Assembly (NCBI GenBank): GCA_018825985.1
Contig: JAHKAP010000052.1
Coordinates: 6,373-70,372 of the forward strand
Direction: 5' to 3'
Source of the DNA: Candidatus Omnitrophota bacterium
GTDB taxonomy: Bacteria > Omnitrophota > Gorgyraeia > Gygaellales > Profunditerraquicolaceae
DNA length: 64,000 bases
Shown in pieces: positions 38,928 through 51,647 of this stretch. How positions within the stretch are numbered: position 1 is the first letter of the stretch; every line of letters begins with the position of its first letter. The notes beneath the pieces were generated by a model. The model ran no database searches. It was not told the DNA's origin and saw nothing but the letters and a program-made list of their open reading frames with translations. Both the position numbers and the translations under genes were made by a program.

Positions 38928-41495
38928 ATGGTAAGCACCGGGTTAAAAGGCCTGGATAAAGTAATCAACTCCTTACGCTTAGGCGATAATGTAGTCTGGC
39001 AGATCGATAGTATTGATGATTACGCTGATTTTGTCCGGCCTTTTGTTAAATCCGCCCTGGAAGAAAAACGCAGGCTGGTTTACATCCGCTTTGCCCATCA
39101 CAAACCTCTTTTGCCGGATAAAAAAGAAATTACAGTCTATAAGCTTGACGCCTTCAGCGGCTTTGAATCTTTTTCCACCCAGTTAAATAGCATCATTACC
39201 AAAGAAGGTAAAGAGGTTTTTTACGTTTTTGACTGCCTCTCTGATCTTCTTTCTGCCTGGTCCAACGACCTGATGATCGGGAATTTCTTCAAGATCACCT
39301 GTCCCTACCTTTTTGAGCTGGATACTATCGCTTATTTTTCATTATTACGCAACAGCCATTCTTTTAAAACCGTGGCCCGTATCCGCGAGATCACCCAGCT
39401 TTTGGTCAATGTCTATAACTTTGAAGGAAACTATTATGTTCATCCTTTAAAGGTCTGGAACCGTTATTCACCGACCATGTTCCTGCCGCACTTAAAGAAA
39501 CAGGAGCGGTTTGTTCCTATTGGAAATAGCGTGGATACTGCCCGGCTTTTTTCCAACATAATCAAAAAAGGGGCAAAAAGCACCAAAAGAAACCTGGATT
39601 ACTGGGACAGGTTGTTTTTAAAAGTCGAGGATTTAACCGGCCAGAGCGGAACGGCCGAGGAAAAGTCTAAAATGTTAGAGCATTTATGCCGGATGATCAT
39701 TGCCCGGGATGAGAAATTCTTCCGTCTGGCCAAAGAAAACCTTTCTTTGGAAGATTTTTTAGCTATAAAGACCAGGATGGTGGGGACAGGTTTTATCGGA
39801 GGCAAGTCCGTAGGCATGCTTATTGCCAGGAGCATCCTTTTGAAAGAAAAAGATTTAAAAGCTGAGGAGTTCTTTGAGCCCCATGATTCTTTCTACATCG
39901 GCTCGGACGTGTTCTATACCTATATAGTGGAGAACGGTTGGTGGAAAGCCAGGATGGATCAGAGGACTAAAGACGGGTATTTTAAGGTAGCTAATATATT
40001 GAAAGAGCAGATGCTTTCCGGGGTGTTCCCTGAAGAGATTAAAGAGCAGTTCAAGCAGATGATCGATTATTTTGGCCAATCTCCGATCATTGTGCGCTCC
40101 TCAAGCCTTTTAGAAGATAGTTTCGGCAACGCCTTTGCCGGAAAATACGAAAGCATTTTTTTAGTTAACCAGGGGACTCCGGATGAACGCTATGCCAGAT
40201 TTTCCGAGGCAGTGAGACGGATCTATGCCTCGACCATGAATGAAGACGCATTAGCGTATCGGCTGCAAAGAGGCTTAGATCAACAAGATGAACAAATGGC
40301 TTTATTGGTCCAGAGGGTATCGGGTGCATATCATAAGGATTATTTTTTTCCTGACGCAGCCGGAGTCGGGATCTCTTATAATACTTTTGTTTGGAAAAAA
40401 GATCTGGACCCTGAGGCTGGGATGCTCAGGATAGTTTTAGGCTTAGGCACCCGGGCAGTTAACCGGGTAGAGGGTGATTATCCGCGGATAGTAGCTTTGG
40501 ATCAACCTCTGCTTAAGGCTCATTCCGGCCTGGAAGACGCTCAAAAGTTTTCCCAGCATGACATCGATCTATTGAATATCCGGGAAAACAAGCTACAGAC
40601 CCGGACATTAAGAGAGTTGTTGAATGAAAAAGTAGAGATAAAGCTGGATTTGTTGGCAGTAAGGGATTATGAGGCTTCTGAGAGGATGCGCCAGATGGGT
40701 AAGGATGAAGAATCCTGGATCATTAATTTCGATACCCTATTTACAAAAACAGATTTTAGAGAGACTTTGCAAAAAATCCTGAAGATCCTGCAGGCTCATT
40801 ACGGCTATCCTGTAGATATAGAATTTACGGTTAATTTTGACAAACACGATAAATTTAAGATAAATCTTTTACAATGCCGGACTATCCAGGGTAGGGGTTT
40901 GGGAAAAAGGGTAGAAATACCTGAGAAAATAGAAAAAGAAAGAATACTTTTCGAATCCCAGGGTAATTTTCTAGGAGGAAATTTTTCCCATCTGATCCGC
41001 AGGGTGATCTATGTTGATCCGCAAGGTTATTCGCAGCTGCCGGTAACAGGAAAATATGATATTGCTAGAGCGGTGGGAGAATTAAACCGGCAGATAAAGG
41101 ATAAGGAAGAATTTCCGGTTATTTTATTAGGTCCGGGAAGATGGGGGACTACTACTCCTTCTTTAGGCGTCCCGGTTTCTTTTGCCGAGATAAATAATAT
41201 ATCCGTATTGGCAGAGGTGTCTTTTGCCAGCGCTAATTGCATCCCGGAGCTTTCTTTCGGCACCCATTTCTTCCAGGACCTGATTGAAACCGGGATTTTT
41301 TATGTAGCTTTATTTGTGGATAATAAAGAAGCATTTTTAAATACTGAGATGATCGGTTCCTGGCCGAATTCCTTGACTAAATTCGCCCAGTCTTATGCTA
41401 AATACAGCCCGGTGATCAAGGTTTATGATCTGGATAAAAAAGAACTGCGCATTGTCTCGGATATTATCTCTCAAAAAGTAGTTTGTTTTCACTGA
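38928..41495 (+). CDS. PEP/pyruvate-binding (PPDK_N ATP-grasp) domain protein with KaiC-like N-terminus; function unknown
   Basis: STGLKGLD start; IGGKS.G, VRSSSLLEDS, FAGKYES, DIEF and LLQCR motifs; C-terminal GPGRWG and GTHFF. Confidence 0.8.
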   Translation: MVSTGLKGLDKVINSLRLGDNVVWQIDSIDDYADFVRPFVKSALEEKRRLVYIRFAHHKPLLPDKKEITVYKLDAFSGFESFSTQLNSIITKEGKEVFYVFDCLSDLLSAWSNDLMIGNFFKITCPYLFELDTIAYFSLLRNSHSFKTVARIREITQLLVNVYNFEGNYYVHPLKVWNRYSPTMFLPHLKKQERFVPIGNSVDTARLFSNIIKKGAKSTKRNLDYWDRLFLKVEDLTGQSGTAEEKSKMLEHLCRMIIARDEKFFRLAKENLSLEDFLAIKTRMVGTGFIGGKSVGMLIARSILLKEKDLKAEEFFEPHDSFYIGSDVFYTYIVENGWWKARMDQRTKDGYFKVANILKEQMLSGVFPEEIKEQFKQMIDYFGQSPIIVRSSSLLEDSFGNAFAGKYESIFLVNQGTPDERYARFSEAVRRIYASTMNEDALAYRLQRGLDQQDEQMALLVQRVSGAYHKDYFFPDAAGVGISYNTFVWKKDLDPEAGMLRIVLGLGTRAVNRVEGDYPRIVALDQPLLKAHSGLEDAQKFSQHDIDLLNIRENKLQTRTLRELLNEKVEIKLDLLAVRDYEASERMRQMGKDEESWIINFDTLFTKTDFRETLQKILKILQAHYGYPVDIEFTVNFDKHDKFKINLLQCRTIQGRGLGKRVEIPEKIEKERILFESQGNFLGGNFSHLIRRVIYVDPQGYSQLPVTGKYDIARAVGELNRQIKDKEEFPVILLGPGRWGTTTPSLGVPVSFAEINNISVLAEVSFASANCIPELSFGTHFFQDLIETGIFYVALFVDNKEAFLNTEMIGSWPNSLTKFAQSYAKYSPVIKVYDLDKKELRIVSDIISQKVVCFH

Positions 41496-43224
<1,729 letters not shown>

Positions 43225-43310
43225 GTAAAGGTAAAGAAAAGATCAGTACGGATTCCAGGTTTTCTCTGCCTATTCCTATACCTGTACCTAGTTATATTAA
43301 GGAATAATAA

Positions 43311-44396
43311 ATGGATGCTATATTAGCCTTAGAAGACGGCAGAATATTCAAAGGCAAGTCTTTTGGCGCCTCAGGCGAAAGAAGCGGTGAGGTGGTTTTT
43401 AATACCAGTATGTCCGGATACCAGGAGATCATTACTGATCCTTCCTATAAGGGCCAGATCGTAGCGATGACTTATCCCCTGATCGGAAATTACGGGGTAA
43501 ATAAAGAAGATGTAGAATCATTTAAACCTTTTGTTGAAGGTTTTGTGGTCAAGGAATATTCTAAGATTGCCAGTAATTGGCGCTCCCATACTACATTGGG
43601 AGAATATCTGAAAGAAAATAATATTTTAGGTATTGAAGGTATAGATACCCGGGCCCTGACTTTACATATAAGGCGAGCCGGAGCAATGAAAGCGGTTTTA
43701 TCAACCAAGGACCTGGATCAGGAGAGCTTGGTTGAAAAAGCCAAGAATTCTCTGGGGCTTGAGGGTGTAGATTTAGTAAAAGAAGTAACTTGTAAGAAAA
43801 GATACATCTGGTCAAAAGCAAATAAGGCCGGATGTAAAATTACAGTGATTGACTGCGGAGTAAAATACAATATATTAAGGGAGCTTTTAAAATACGGATG
43901 TCAGGTTAGTATAGTTCCGGCATTTACAACTGCCGAAGAGATACTTAAAGATAAGCCGGATGGAGTTTTACTTTCTAATGGCCCGGGAGACCCGGCAGCA
44001 GTTACTTATGTGGTAGAGACAGTCAGAAAACTGATCGGTAAAGTTCCTATTTTTGGGATATGTTTGGGGCAGCAAATGATAGGTTTGGCTTTAGGCGGCA
44101 AGACCTATAAGCTTAAATTCGGGCATCACGGCGGCAACCAGCCGGTTAAGGATCTAAAAACCGGGAAAGTTTCTATTACTTGCCAGAATCACGGGTTCTG
44201 TGTGGATATTGGTTCTTTACCTAAAAAAGATATTGAGATAACCCATAAGAACTTAAATGACCAGACCCTGGAGGGTATCCGGCATAAAAGATTTCCCTTA
44301 TTTTCCGTGCAGTTTCATCCTGAATCTTCTCCCGGCCCCCATGACGCGGAATATTTATTCAAGAATTTCATAGATATGGTTAAAAAACATGCCTAA
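43311..44396 (+). CDS. carA: Carbamoyl-phosphate synthase small subunit
   Basis: [26 protein letters not shown] and QFHPE motifs. Confidence 0.97.
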   Translation: MDAILALEDGRIFKGKSFGASGERSGEVVFNTSMSGYQEIITDPSYKGQIVAMTYPLIGNYGVNKEDVESFKPFVEGFVVKEYSKIASNWRSHTTLGEYLKENNILGIEGIDTRALTLHIRRAGAMKAVLSTKDLDQESLVEKAKNSLGLEGVDLVKEVTCKKRYIWSKANKAGCKITVIDCGVKYNILRELLKYGCQVSIVPAFTTAEEILKDKPDGVLLSNGPGDPAAVTYVVETVRKLIGKVPIFGICLGQQMIGLALGGKTYKLKFGHHGGNQPVKDLKTGKVSITCQNHGFCVDIGSLPKKDIEITHKNLNDQTLEGIRHKRFPLFSVQFHPESSPGPHDAEYLFKNFIDMVKKHA

Positions 44397-46050
44397 ACGT
44401 AAAGACATAAAAAAAATTATGATCATCGGCTCAGGCCCGATTGTCATCGGCCAGGCCTGCGAATTTGATTATTCCGGGTCTCAGGCCTGCAAGGTTTTAA
44501 GGCAGGAAGGATACCAGGTAGTTTTGGTTAATTCTAACCCGGCTACTATTATGACTGATCCGGAGATGGCGGACAGCACTTATATCGAGCCGATTACTCC
44601 GGATATAGTTGAGAAAATAATTGCTTTGGAAAGGCCGGATGCCCTGCTTCCTACTTTAGGCGGGCAGACTGCTTTAAATACCACTGTTATTCTGGCTGAA
44701 AGAGGTGTATTAAAAAAATATAAAGTTGAAACTATCGGAGCAAATATCAAAGCGATTAAAAAAGCTGAAGATAGAAAGTTATTCAAAGAGGCGATGCTCA
44801 AGATCGGCTTGGACCTGCCTAAAAGCGGAAGAGCTTATAATTTAAAAGAAGCCTTAGAAGTTGCTGGAGAAATCGGGTTTCCTTTGATCATCCGGCCCAG
44901 TTTTACTTTAGGCGGCACCGGCGGAAGCCTGGCTTATAATATCGAAGAGTTTAAGGGTCTGGCTAAACATGGCCTGGAATCGAGCATGATCAGCGAGATC
45001 CTGATTGAAGAATCTATAGTTGGTTGGAAAGAATATGAATTAGAGGTAATGCGGGATTTAAAGGATAATGTGGTGATTATCTGTTCTATCGAGAATTTTG
45101 ATCCGATGGGAGTGCATACCGGCGATAGCATTACTGTTGCCCCTATCCAGACTTTAACTGATCGGGAATATCAGAAGATGCGCGATAGCGCTATTGCCTG
45201 TATCCGGGAGATTGGGGTTGAAACCGGAGGTTCTAATATTCAATTCGGCGTGCATCCTCAAACCGGAAGACAGGTAGTTATTGAAATGAATCCCCGGGTT
45301 TCCCGAAGTTCAGCTTTAGCCTCCAAGGCCACGGGTTTTCCTATCGCTAAAATTGCCGCCAAGTTAGCTGTAGGTTATACCTTAGATGAGATAGCTAATG
45401 ATATTACCAAAGAGACTCCGGCTTGTTTTGAGCCGGCAATAGATTATTGTGTAGTAAAAATTCCCAGGTTTACTTTTGAGAAATTCCGCGGAGCGAATTG
45501 CGAACTTACTGTTTCCATGAAATCAGTTGGCGAGGCGATGTCTATCGGGAGGACTTTTAAAGAGGCTTTGCAAAAAGGCATTCGTTCCCTGGAGATAAAA
45601 AAATACGGTTTAGACAGCATGATTTTTGCGGATCTGTCACGGATAAATCCTAACCCTAATGATCTGGATATAATCGACCAAAAATTAAGGATGCCTAACG
45701 CCGAAAGGTTATTTTACCTGGCTGATGCTTTACGCTGCGGCATGGATATTGAGAAGATCTATGAAATGACTAAGATCGACCGCTGGTTTATTTATAATAT
45801 TAAAGAGATCATTGATATGGAGAAAGAAATTATAAAGAATAAAGGCAATCTCGATAAAGAACTTTTGATTTCCGCCAAACAATACGGATTTAGCGATAAG
45901 CAGCTATCCAAGCTTACCAATAAGGCCGAGGAAGATATTTATAAACTCCGCAAGTCGTTCAATATCTCTCCAGATTTTAAATTAGTGGACACCTGCGCCG
46001 CCGAGTTCCAGGCCCACACCCCCTATTTTTATTCTACCTACGACAAATAG
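44389..46050 (+). CDS. carB: Carbamoyl-phosphate synthase large subunit, N-terminal half only (split CarB1)
   Basis: [15 protein letters not shown]; ends at PYFYSTYDK after 553 aa, then a terminator. Confidence 0.92.
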   Translation: MPKRKDIKKIMIIGSGPIVIGQACEFDYSGSQACKVLRQEGYQVVLVNSNPATIMTDPEMADSTYIEPITPDIVEKIIALERPDALLPTLGGQTALNTTVILAERGVLKKYKVETIGANIKAIKKAEDRKLFKEAMLKIGLDLPKSGRAYNLKEALEVAGEIGFPLIIRPSFTLGGTGGSLAYNIEEFKGLAKHGLESSMISEILIEESIVGWKEYELEVMRDLKDNVVIICSIENFDPMGVHTGDSITVAPIQTLTDREYQKMRDSAIACIREIGVETGGSNIQFGVHPQTGRQVVIEMNPRVSRSSALASKATGFPIAKIAAKLAVGYTLDEIANDITKETPACFEPAIDYCVVKIPRFTFEKFRGANCELTVSMKSVGEAMSIGRTFKEALQKGIRSLEIKKYGLDSMIFADLSRINPNPNDLDIIDQKLRMPNAERLFYLADALRCGMDIEKIYEMTKIDRWFIYNIKEIIDMEKEIIKNKGNLDKELLISAKQYGFSDKQLSKLTNKAEEDIYKLRKSFNISPDFKLVDTCAAEFQAHTPYFYSTYDK

Positions 46051-46135
46051 AGGGACACCCTCGCAGCTAAAGCTAAGGGTGTCCCTTTTTTTATTCCTTG
46101 GGGGACACCCTCCCGATTAGCTGCAAGGGTGTCCC
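46051..46135. repeat. Two tandem REP-like palindromes (GGGACACCCT family); the first doubles as a terminator
   Basis: AGGGACACCCT..AGGGTGTCCCT + T tract (46051-46086); GGGACACCCT..AGGGTGTCCC (46102-46135). Confidence 0.8.
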
Positions 46136-46206
46136 TAGTTAATTCTTGACGCAGGGGGTTCTTAGGCATAAAATACCTTTGTTACAATATATAAAAAGGA
46201 GAATTG

Positions 46207-47115
46207 ATGAAAAAAATACTGGCTTTGTTACTATTCGCGTTTATTTTTTCCGGATGTGCCACCTATAAATACCAGCATGGTAATAAACCTTATGATCAAG
46301 GATACGTGATAACCCGGAATAACCAGTTTGTCATGGAATATACCCTGGGTGAGAATAATACTGTTCCAGATAAAGAGTTAGCTAAAGAGAGGTTTAAAAG
46401 GCGCAGAAAAGCCGTTGAGATTTTTTATAAAAGAATGGGTTATATCGAAAGTTATTATAGGTTGTATTTCTGGAATCATGTATCAACGATGGCTGATGCC
46501 ATCGGAGGTTTTTTCCGTATGCCCGGTGTCGCTATTTCCGAATACAGGTATGCCCATAATCCAAAATACAGGGAAAAGATTATAAAACTTGAGGATGAGC
46601 GGGAAGCTAAAGAAGAAACCAGGGTAAATAAAATCAAAGATGAATTAAGGGAGTATGTTAAAAAAGACTTAGAAAGAGAAAAAGGTTTTCCTGACAAAGA
46701 AACAAAACCTAGAGTTAAAGCTTTAGTTAAGAAAGTCAAGCCTGCGGTTTCAACTGGTCCTATCGTAGAGAAAAAAGCCGGACCAAGGGCTGGCAGGATC
46801 AAGCCCGAAACTATTAAGGCCCAGAGTGAGGTTGCACCAGAGCTGCCGGTTGCAGTGATAATCGCCAAGCCTGAGAAAGGGTACGCACCTTTAATGGTTA
46901 ATTTCTCGGGTAAAAAGTCATATTCTCCAAAGGCCAGGATAGTTTCTTATTCCTGGGATTTTGGCGATTCAGATACTTCCAATAAACCAACAGCTGTTAA
47001 TACTTACTGGAGCGGTTCTTTTGAGACTCGCTATTTTAATGTTATTTTAACTGTTAAAGATTCCAACGGCAATACTGCTCAGGCAAATACTACTATCGAG
47101 GTTAAGAATAAATAA
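46207..47115 (+). CDS. Lipoprotein with C-terminal PKD domain
   Basis: FSGC lipobox; GYAPL.V.F.G..S...YSWDFGD...V.LTV.D. Confidence 0.8.
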   Translation: MKKILALLLFAFIFSGCATYKYQHGNKPYDQGYVITRNNQFVMEYTLGENNTVPDKELAKERFKRRRKAVEIFYKRMGYIESYYRLYFWNHVSTMADAIGGFFRMPGVAISEYRYAHNPKYREKIIKLEDEREAKEETRVNKIKDELREYVKKDLEREKGFPDKETKPRVKALVKKVKPAVSTGPIVEKKAGPRAGRIKPETIKAQSEVAPELPVAVIIAKPEKGYAPLMVNFSGKKSYSPKARIVSYSWDFGDSDTSNKPTAVNTYWSGSFETRYFNVILTVKDSNGNTAQANTTIEVKNK

Positions 47116-47132
47116 GATTAGAAAGAAAGGCA

Positions 47133-48662
47133 GTGATGTTAAATAAAAACGGTTTTGACAATGAAAAATACTTAAAAGAACAAACTGCAGCAATCCTTAA
47201 CCGGGTTAGAAAATTCGATAACAAGCTTTACCTGGAATTCGGGGGGAAACTTTGTTTTGATTATCATGCGGCCCGCGTCCTTCCCGGGTATGACCCCAAT
47301 GTTAAAATAAGGCTTTTGCAGTCTTTAAAAGATAAGGTTGATATTGTCCTGTGTATTTACGCAGGGGATATTGAAAAGGGGAGGGTGCGCGGTGATTTCG
47401 GGATAACTTATGATGCAGCAACGTTTAAATTAATCGATGATTTAAGAAAATGGGGCCTGGATATATTATCAGTGGTAATTACCCGGTTTGCGAATCAACC
47501 CTTAAGCGTTATTTTTAAGAATAAATTGGAACGCCGGGGAGTCAAGGTAAACCTGCATTATCCGATAGAAGGCTATTCCACTAATTTTGATTTTGTAGTC
47601 AGCGAAAACGGTTTTGGGAAAAATGATTATATTGAAACTAAAAATCCGATTGTGATAATTACCGGGCCCGGGCCTAATAGCGGTAAGTTATCCACCTGTC
47701 TCTCCCAGTTATATCACGAACATAAAAGAGGGATTAACGCCGGTTACGCCAAATTTGAGACTTTTCCTATTTGGAATATACCTTTAAAACATCCGGTAAA
47801 TGTGGCTTATGAGGCAGCTACCGCCGATATCCTGGATTTTAACCTGGTTGATCCTTTTCACCTTGAGAAATACCAGGAGGCAGCCATAAATTACAACCGG
47901 GATGTAGAGAGTTTTCCTATTTTAAAGTTGATCCTGAACAAGATCCTGGATAAAAAAGCCGATATGCCGATGTATAATTCTCCAACAGATATGGGCGTTA
48001 ACCGCGCTGGCTTTGGGATTGTGGATGATAAAATAGTCCAGGAAGCGGCTAAACAGGAATTAATTCGGCGTTATTTCAGGTATAACGGTGAATACTTGTT
48101 AGGGGTTGAGAAGAAAGAGACCGTAGACCGGGCAAATTTATTAATGGAGGAATTAGGGATAAAAGTTACGGATCGGATAGTAGTAGAACCGGCCAGAAAG
48201 ACCGCTGAAGAGGCAGAGAGCAAGGGTAAAGGCAACGATGGTATCTATTGCGGCGCCGCTATTCAGTTGAGCGATGGAAGGATTATAACCGGGAGAAATT
48301 CTCATCTTATGCACGCGGCCTCCAGTCTGGTTTTGAACTCGGTTAAGGTTTTAGCGAATATACCTGATGAAATCCTGCTTTTATCCCCTCATATTATCAA
48401 CCAGATATCCAAATTAAAAGAAGGTATCTTAGGTAATGAGTCGGAGAGCCTGGACCTGGAAGAGGCTTTGATTGCCCTTTCTATCAGCGCTACCACTAAC
48501 CATACCGCAGAGGTGGCTATGAATAAGCTAAAGGAATTAAGGGGATGCGAAGTGCATATGACCCATATTCCCACCCCAGGCGATGAAGTGGGGCTTAAGA
48601 GATTGGGTGTTAATTTAACTACTGACGGCAAATTCTCTTCCCGCAACCTCTTCGTTACTTAA
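47133..48662 (+). CDS. DUF1846 (UPF0371) family protein
   Basis: GFDNEKYL, KLYLEFGGKL, GPGPNSGKL, YAKFETFPIWN and SPTDMGVN motifs. Confidence 0.9.
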   Translation: MMLNKNGFDNEKYLKEQTAAILNRVRKFDNKLYLEFGGKLCFDYHAARVLPGYDPNVKIRLLQSLKDKVDIVLCIYAGDIEKGRVRGDFGITYDAATFKLIDDLRKWGLDILSVVITRFANQPLSVIFKNKLERRGVKVNLHYPIEGYSTNFDFVVSENGFGKNDYIETKNPIVIITGPGPNSGKLSTCLSQLYHEHKRGINAGYAKFETFPIWNIPLKHPVNVAYEAATADILDFNLVDPFHLEKYQEAAINYNRDVESFPILKLILNKILDKKADMPMYNSPTDMGVNRAGFGIVDDKIVQEAAKQELIRRYFRYNGEYLLGVEKKETVDRANLLMEELGIKVTDRIVVEPARKTAEEAESKGKGNDGIYCGAAIQLSDGRIITGRNSHLMHAASSLVLNSVKVLANIPDEILLLSPHIINQISKLKEGILGNESESLDLEEALIALSISATTNHTAEVAMNKLKELRGCEVHMTHIPTPGDEVGLKRLGVNLTTDGKFSSRNLFVT

Positions 48663-48685
48663 TAAAGAATAGATAAAGGTATTTT

Positions 48686-50080
48686 ATGCCGGTAAAGATT
48701 AAATTCTTAGGCGGAGTAAGGACAGTCACTGGTTCCAGTCATCTTATCTCAACCGATAAATCCGAAATACTCCTGGATGCCGGTCTGTTTCAGGGCCACC
48801 GCAATGATTTCTATGATATCAATACTACCTTTAGCTATAATCCCCGTAAGCTCAATGCCATGCTTTTATCCCATGCCCATATCGACCATAGCGGGAATAT
48901 CCCCAGCCTTTTGAAAAAAGGGATGCGCTGTAAGATATATACTACCGCTGCAACCCGTGATCTATGTAAATTAATGCTCGAAGATTCCGGAAAGATCCAG
49001 GAAGAAGATATCCGCTACGTGAATAAGATCAACCGCAGGTTGGGCCTTCCTTTGAGAAAAGCTCTTTATAACAGGAAAGAGGCCCGCCACGCTGCCAAGA
49101 GGTTTCATCCGGTCCCTTATAGTCAGAAGACCTGCGTGGCCAATAATGTTTTCGCTACTTTTTATGATGCCGGCCATATCCTGGGTTCTTCGATCATAGT
49201 CTTAGATATCAAGGATGGAGTTCAAAGTATCCGTTTAGGTTATGCCGTAGATTTAGGCAGAAGAAACCTGCCGCTCTTAAATGATCCCTTTATTCCTACG
49301 GGCCTGGATTATCTTATTATAGAGAGTACTTACGGAGGAAGGGTGCGGCCGCCTATAGAAGAAGCCAAGATCAAGCTTAAAGAGGTTATTCTGCGCACGA
49401 TCGAGCGCAAAGGAAAGATCCTGATCCCGGCTTTTACCTTGGAACGGACCCAGGAAGTGGTTTATTTTTTAAGTGAGCTCTTTAAAGATAAATCTCTTCC
49501 TTTTATTCCGGTTTATGTCGACAGCCCATTAGCCACGGATATAACCGATGTATTTAAATACCATCTGGATTACCTTAATCAAGAGACCCGCCAACATATA
49601 TCCCAGGGCCAGAGCCCTTTTGAATTTTTGAATTTAAGTTATATCCGCGACCAGAAAGAATCCAAAACCCTGAATAATGACCGCCGGCCGATGATAATCA
49701 TTGCCGGGTGCGGGATGTGTGAGTCCGGCAGGATCGTTCATCACATTAAGAATAATATTGAGGATTCCCGCAATACTATACTGGTGGTTGGCTATATGGC
49801 CAAGAATACCTTAGGCAAACGGATCGTGGAAAAGACCCCTTTTGTGCGTATTTTCGGTATTGAATATCAGTTAAATGCCGAGGTGGTAGTTATCAATTCG
49901 TTCTCCGGGCACGCGGACAAAAATGAACTGACGGATTTTATAACTCAATCCCTGCCTTTAAAAAGGATATTCTTGGTCCACGGAGACATGGAGCAGACCC
50001 AGCCGTTATTCGAAAATCTCTCTCAGATATGCCAGAATGTTTACATCCCGGCTAAAGACGAAGAAGTCTTGCTTGAGTAA
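48686..50080 (+). CDS. Metallo-beta-lactamase beta-CASP ribonuclease
   Basis: SHAHIDHSG, AGHILGS, ESTYG, FSGHAD and LVHGD motifs. Confidence 0.92.
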   Translation: MPVKIKFLGGVRTVTGSSHLISTDKSEILLDAGLFQGHRNDFYDINTTFSYNPRKLNAMLLSHAHIDHSGNIPSLLKKGMRCKIYTTAATRDLCKLMLEDSGKIQEEDIRYVNKINRRLGLPLRKALYNRKEARHAAKRFHPVPYSQKTCVANNVFATFYDAGHILGSSIIVLDIKDGVQSIRLGYAVDLGRRNLPLLNDPFIPTGLDYLIIESTYGGRVRPPIEEAKIKLKEVILRTIERKGKILIPAFTLERTQEVVYFLSELFKDKSLPFIPVYVDSPLATDITDVFKYHLDYLNQETRQHISQGQSPFEFLNLSYIRDQKESKTLNNDRRPMIIIAGCGMCESGRIVHHIKNNIEDSRNTILVVGYMAKNTLGKRIVEKTPFVRIFGIEYQLNAEVVVINSFSGHADKNELTDFITQSLPLKRIFLVHGDMEQTQPLFENLSQICQNVYIPAKDEEVLLE

Positions 50081-50229
50081 GGAATGTGTGATATTATACA
50101 TACATTAATTCGTGTTCTTATCCGCCTTCGCGCTTTAATAGGGCAAAAAATAGCTCTGGCGCGCTATGGCGGATTTCGCTAAATGTCTGCCTTCGGCAGA
50201 CGTATACTTGTGTTTAAGGAGGATTACAA

Positions 50230-50457
50230 ATGGTAGGCGGATTTTCAACACCCAAAAAAGATAAAGAACTTAAGGTCTCCGGAGGAGAGAAAGTAAAAAA
50301 AGGCCAGATACTTTGCCGGCAGGTTGGCGGGTATAAAGCAGGCGTTAATGTGAGCGGTATAGCTATTTTGCACGCTGACTGCGATGGAAAAGTATCTTTT
50401 TCCCGTAAAAAGACCGGTTCCGGAAAACTAAGGACTTTTATCAACGTTTTATCTTAA
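50230..50457 (+). CDS. rpmA: Divergent ribosomal protein L27 homolog lacking the AHKK N-terminal tail
   Basis: KVSGGEKV..GQIL.RQ.G.YKAG.NV....LHA..DGKVSF aligns to the L27 core. Confidence 0.75.
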   Translation: MVGGFSTPKKDKELKVSGGEKVKKGQILCRQVGGYKAGVNVSGIAILHADCDGKVSFSRKKTGSGKLRTFINVLS

Positions 50458-50462
50458 GATAA

Positions 50463-51620
50463 ATGCCGGCTAGTGAGGCACTCGATAGCCTAAATGATAA
50501 GTCCAGGGTTTATTCATTGATCAAATATTCCTTGGCTATCGCGGAATTAATCTTCCTTCTTTTAATCTTAATCATATTTCAGTCTTCCGGTTCATCCAGG
50601 ATATTAGCCAATTTGTTAGTTGGGTTGATACCGCAACATTTTCTGGCTTACCCGGCATACTTTTTTATAATTTACCTAGTATATTATCTATTTAATCTTC
50701 CTATAAATTTCTGCCAATCATTTTTTATCGAGCGTCAATTCGGCTTGTCTAACCAGAAAATCTCTGATTGGATAAAAGACCAGCTAAAGTCCTGGGTAAT
50801 ATCCTGCCTCATTATAATTATTTCCCTGGAGGCTTTTTACTATAGCTTAAAATTAAGCCCTTCTTACTGGTGGCTGATAGTTTCTGCGTTTTGGATATTT
50901 TTTAATCTGGTTTTAGCTAAGATTGCCCCTGTAGTTATAATCCCCTTATTTTTTAAATATAAAAATATCTCAGACGATAGATTAAAACAAAAGATCTTAG
51001 GGCTTGCCTCCAGAATGAAAGTAAAAGTCCTGGATGTGTTTGAGATCGATTTTAGCCGGAAGAGCCTAAAAGGCAATGCCGCCTTTGTGGGAATGGACGG
51101 CACAAAACGGATCCTGCTTGCTGATACCTTAAAAGAAAAATACAATTATGATGAAATTGAAGTTATCCTGGCCCATGAATTTGCCCACTTTCGCCTTAAA
51201 CATTTATTAAAATTGGTCATTATAAATTCTCTGCTTACAATAGTTTTTTTCTGGTTGTTTTTTAAAACTAACTTTTATGCCTTAAATTTATTTGGGTTGG
51301 ATTCACTCTCTGAAGTCGCGGCCATGCCGTTTATATTTATTTATTTTATTATCTTTAGCATAGTTATGGATCCAGTAAGTAATTTCATCAGCCGTAGGTT
51401 TGAAACCAACGCCGACAGGATGAGCATACAGGCGACCGGTTTAAAAGAATCTTTCATTTCGGCGATGGAGAAACTCAGTATTCAGAACCTGGCAGACCGT
51501 AATCCCCATCCGATAATTAAGTTTATTTTTTTTAGCCATCCACCGATTGGGGAGCGCATAAAAATGGCTGAGGCATTAATTCTTAAGATTAGTGTTGACC
51601 GTTCCAACCCTAAGCAGTAG
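50463..51620 (+). CDS. M48 (Ste24/HtpX-like) membrane metalloprotease
   Basis: NAAF.G, LADTL, AHEFAH, RRFE..AD and SHPP..ERI motifs. Confidence 0.92.
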   Translation: MPASEALDSLNDKSRVYSLIKYSLAIAELIFLLLILIIFQSSGSSRILANLLVGLIPQHFLAYPAYFFIIYLVYYLFNLPINFCQSFFIERQFGLSNQKISDWIKDQLKSWVISCLIIIISLEAFYYSLKLSPSYWWLIVSAFWIFFNLVLAKIAPVVIIPLFFKYKNISDDRLKQKILGLASRMKVKVLDVFEIDFSRKSLKGNAAFVGMDGTKRILLADTLKEKYNYDEIEVILAHEFAHFRLKHLLKLVIINSLLTIVFFWLFFKTNFYALNLFGLDSLSEVAAMPFIFIYFIIFSIVMDPVSNFISRRFETNADRMSIQATGLKESFISAMEKLSIQNLADRNPHPIIKFIFFSHPPIGERIKMAEALILKISVDRSNPKQ

Positions 51621-51647
51621 AATAAGATAAGTTTTAGGGGGGATACA

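Noticed and set aside
44389-46050. carB as a pseudogene
   Set aside because: The break is at the known natural split point, motifs are intact and no C-terminal remnant follows
50205-50212. TACTTGTG as a fourth alternative-sigma promoter
   Set aside because: There is no GGTTACC at the required distance
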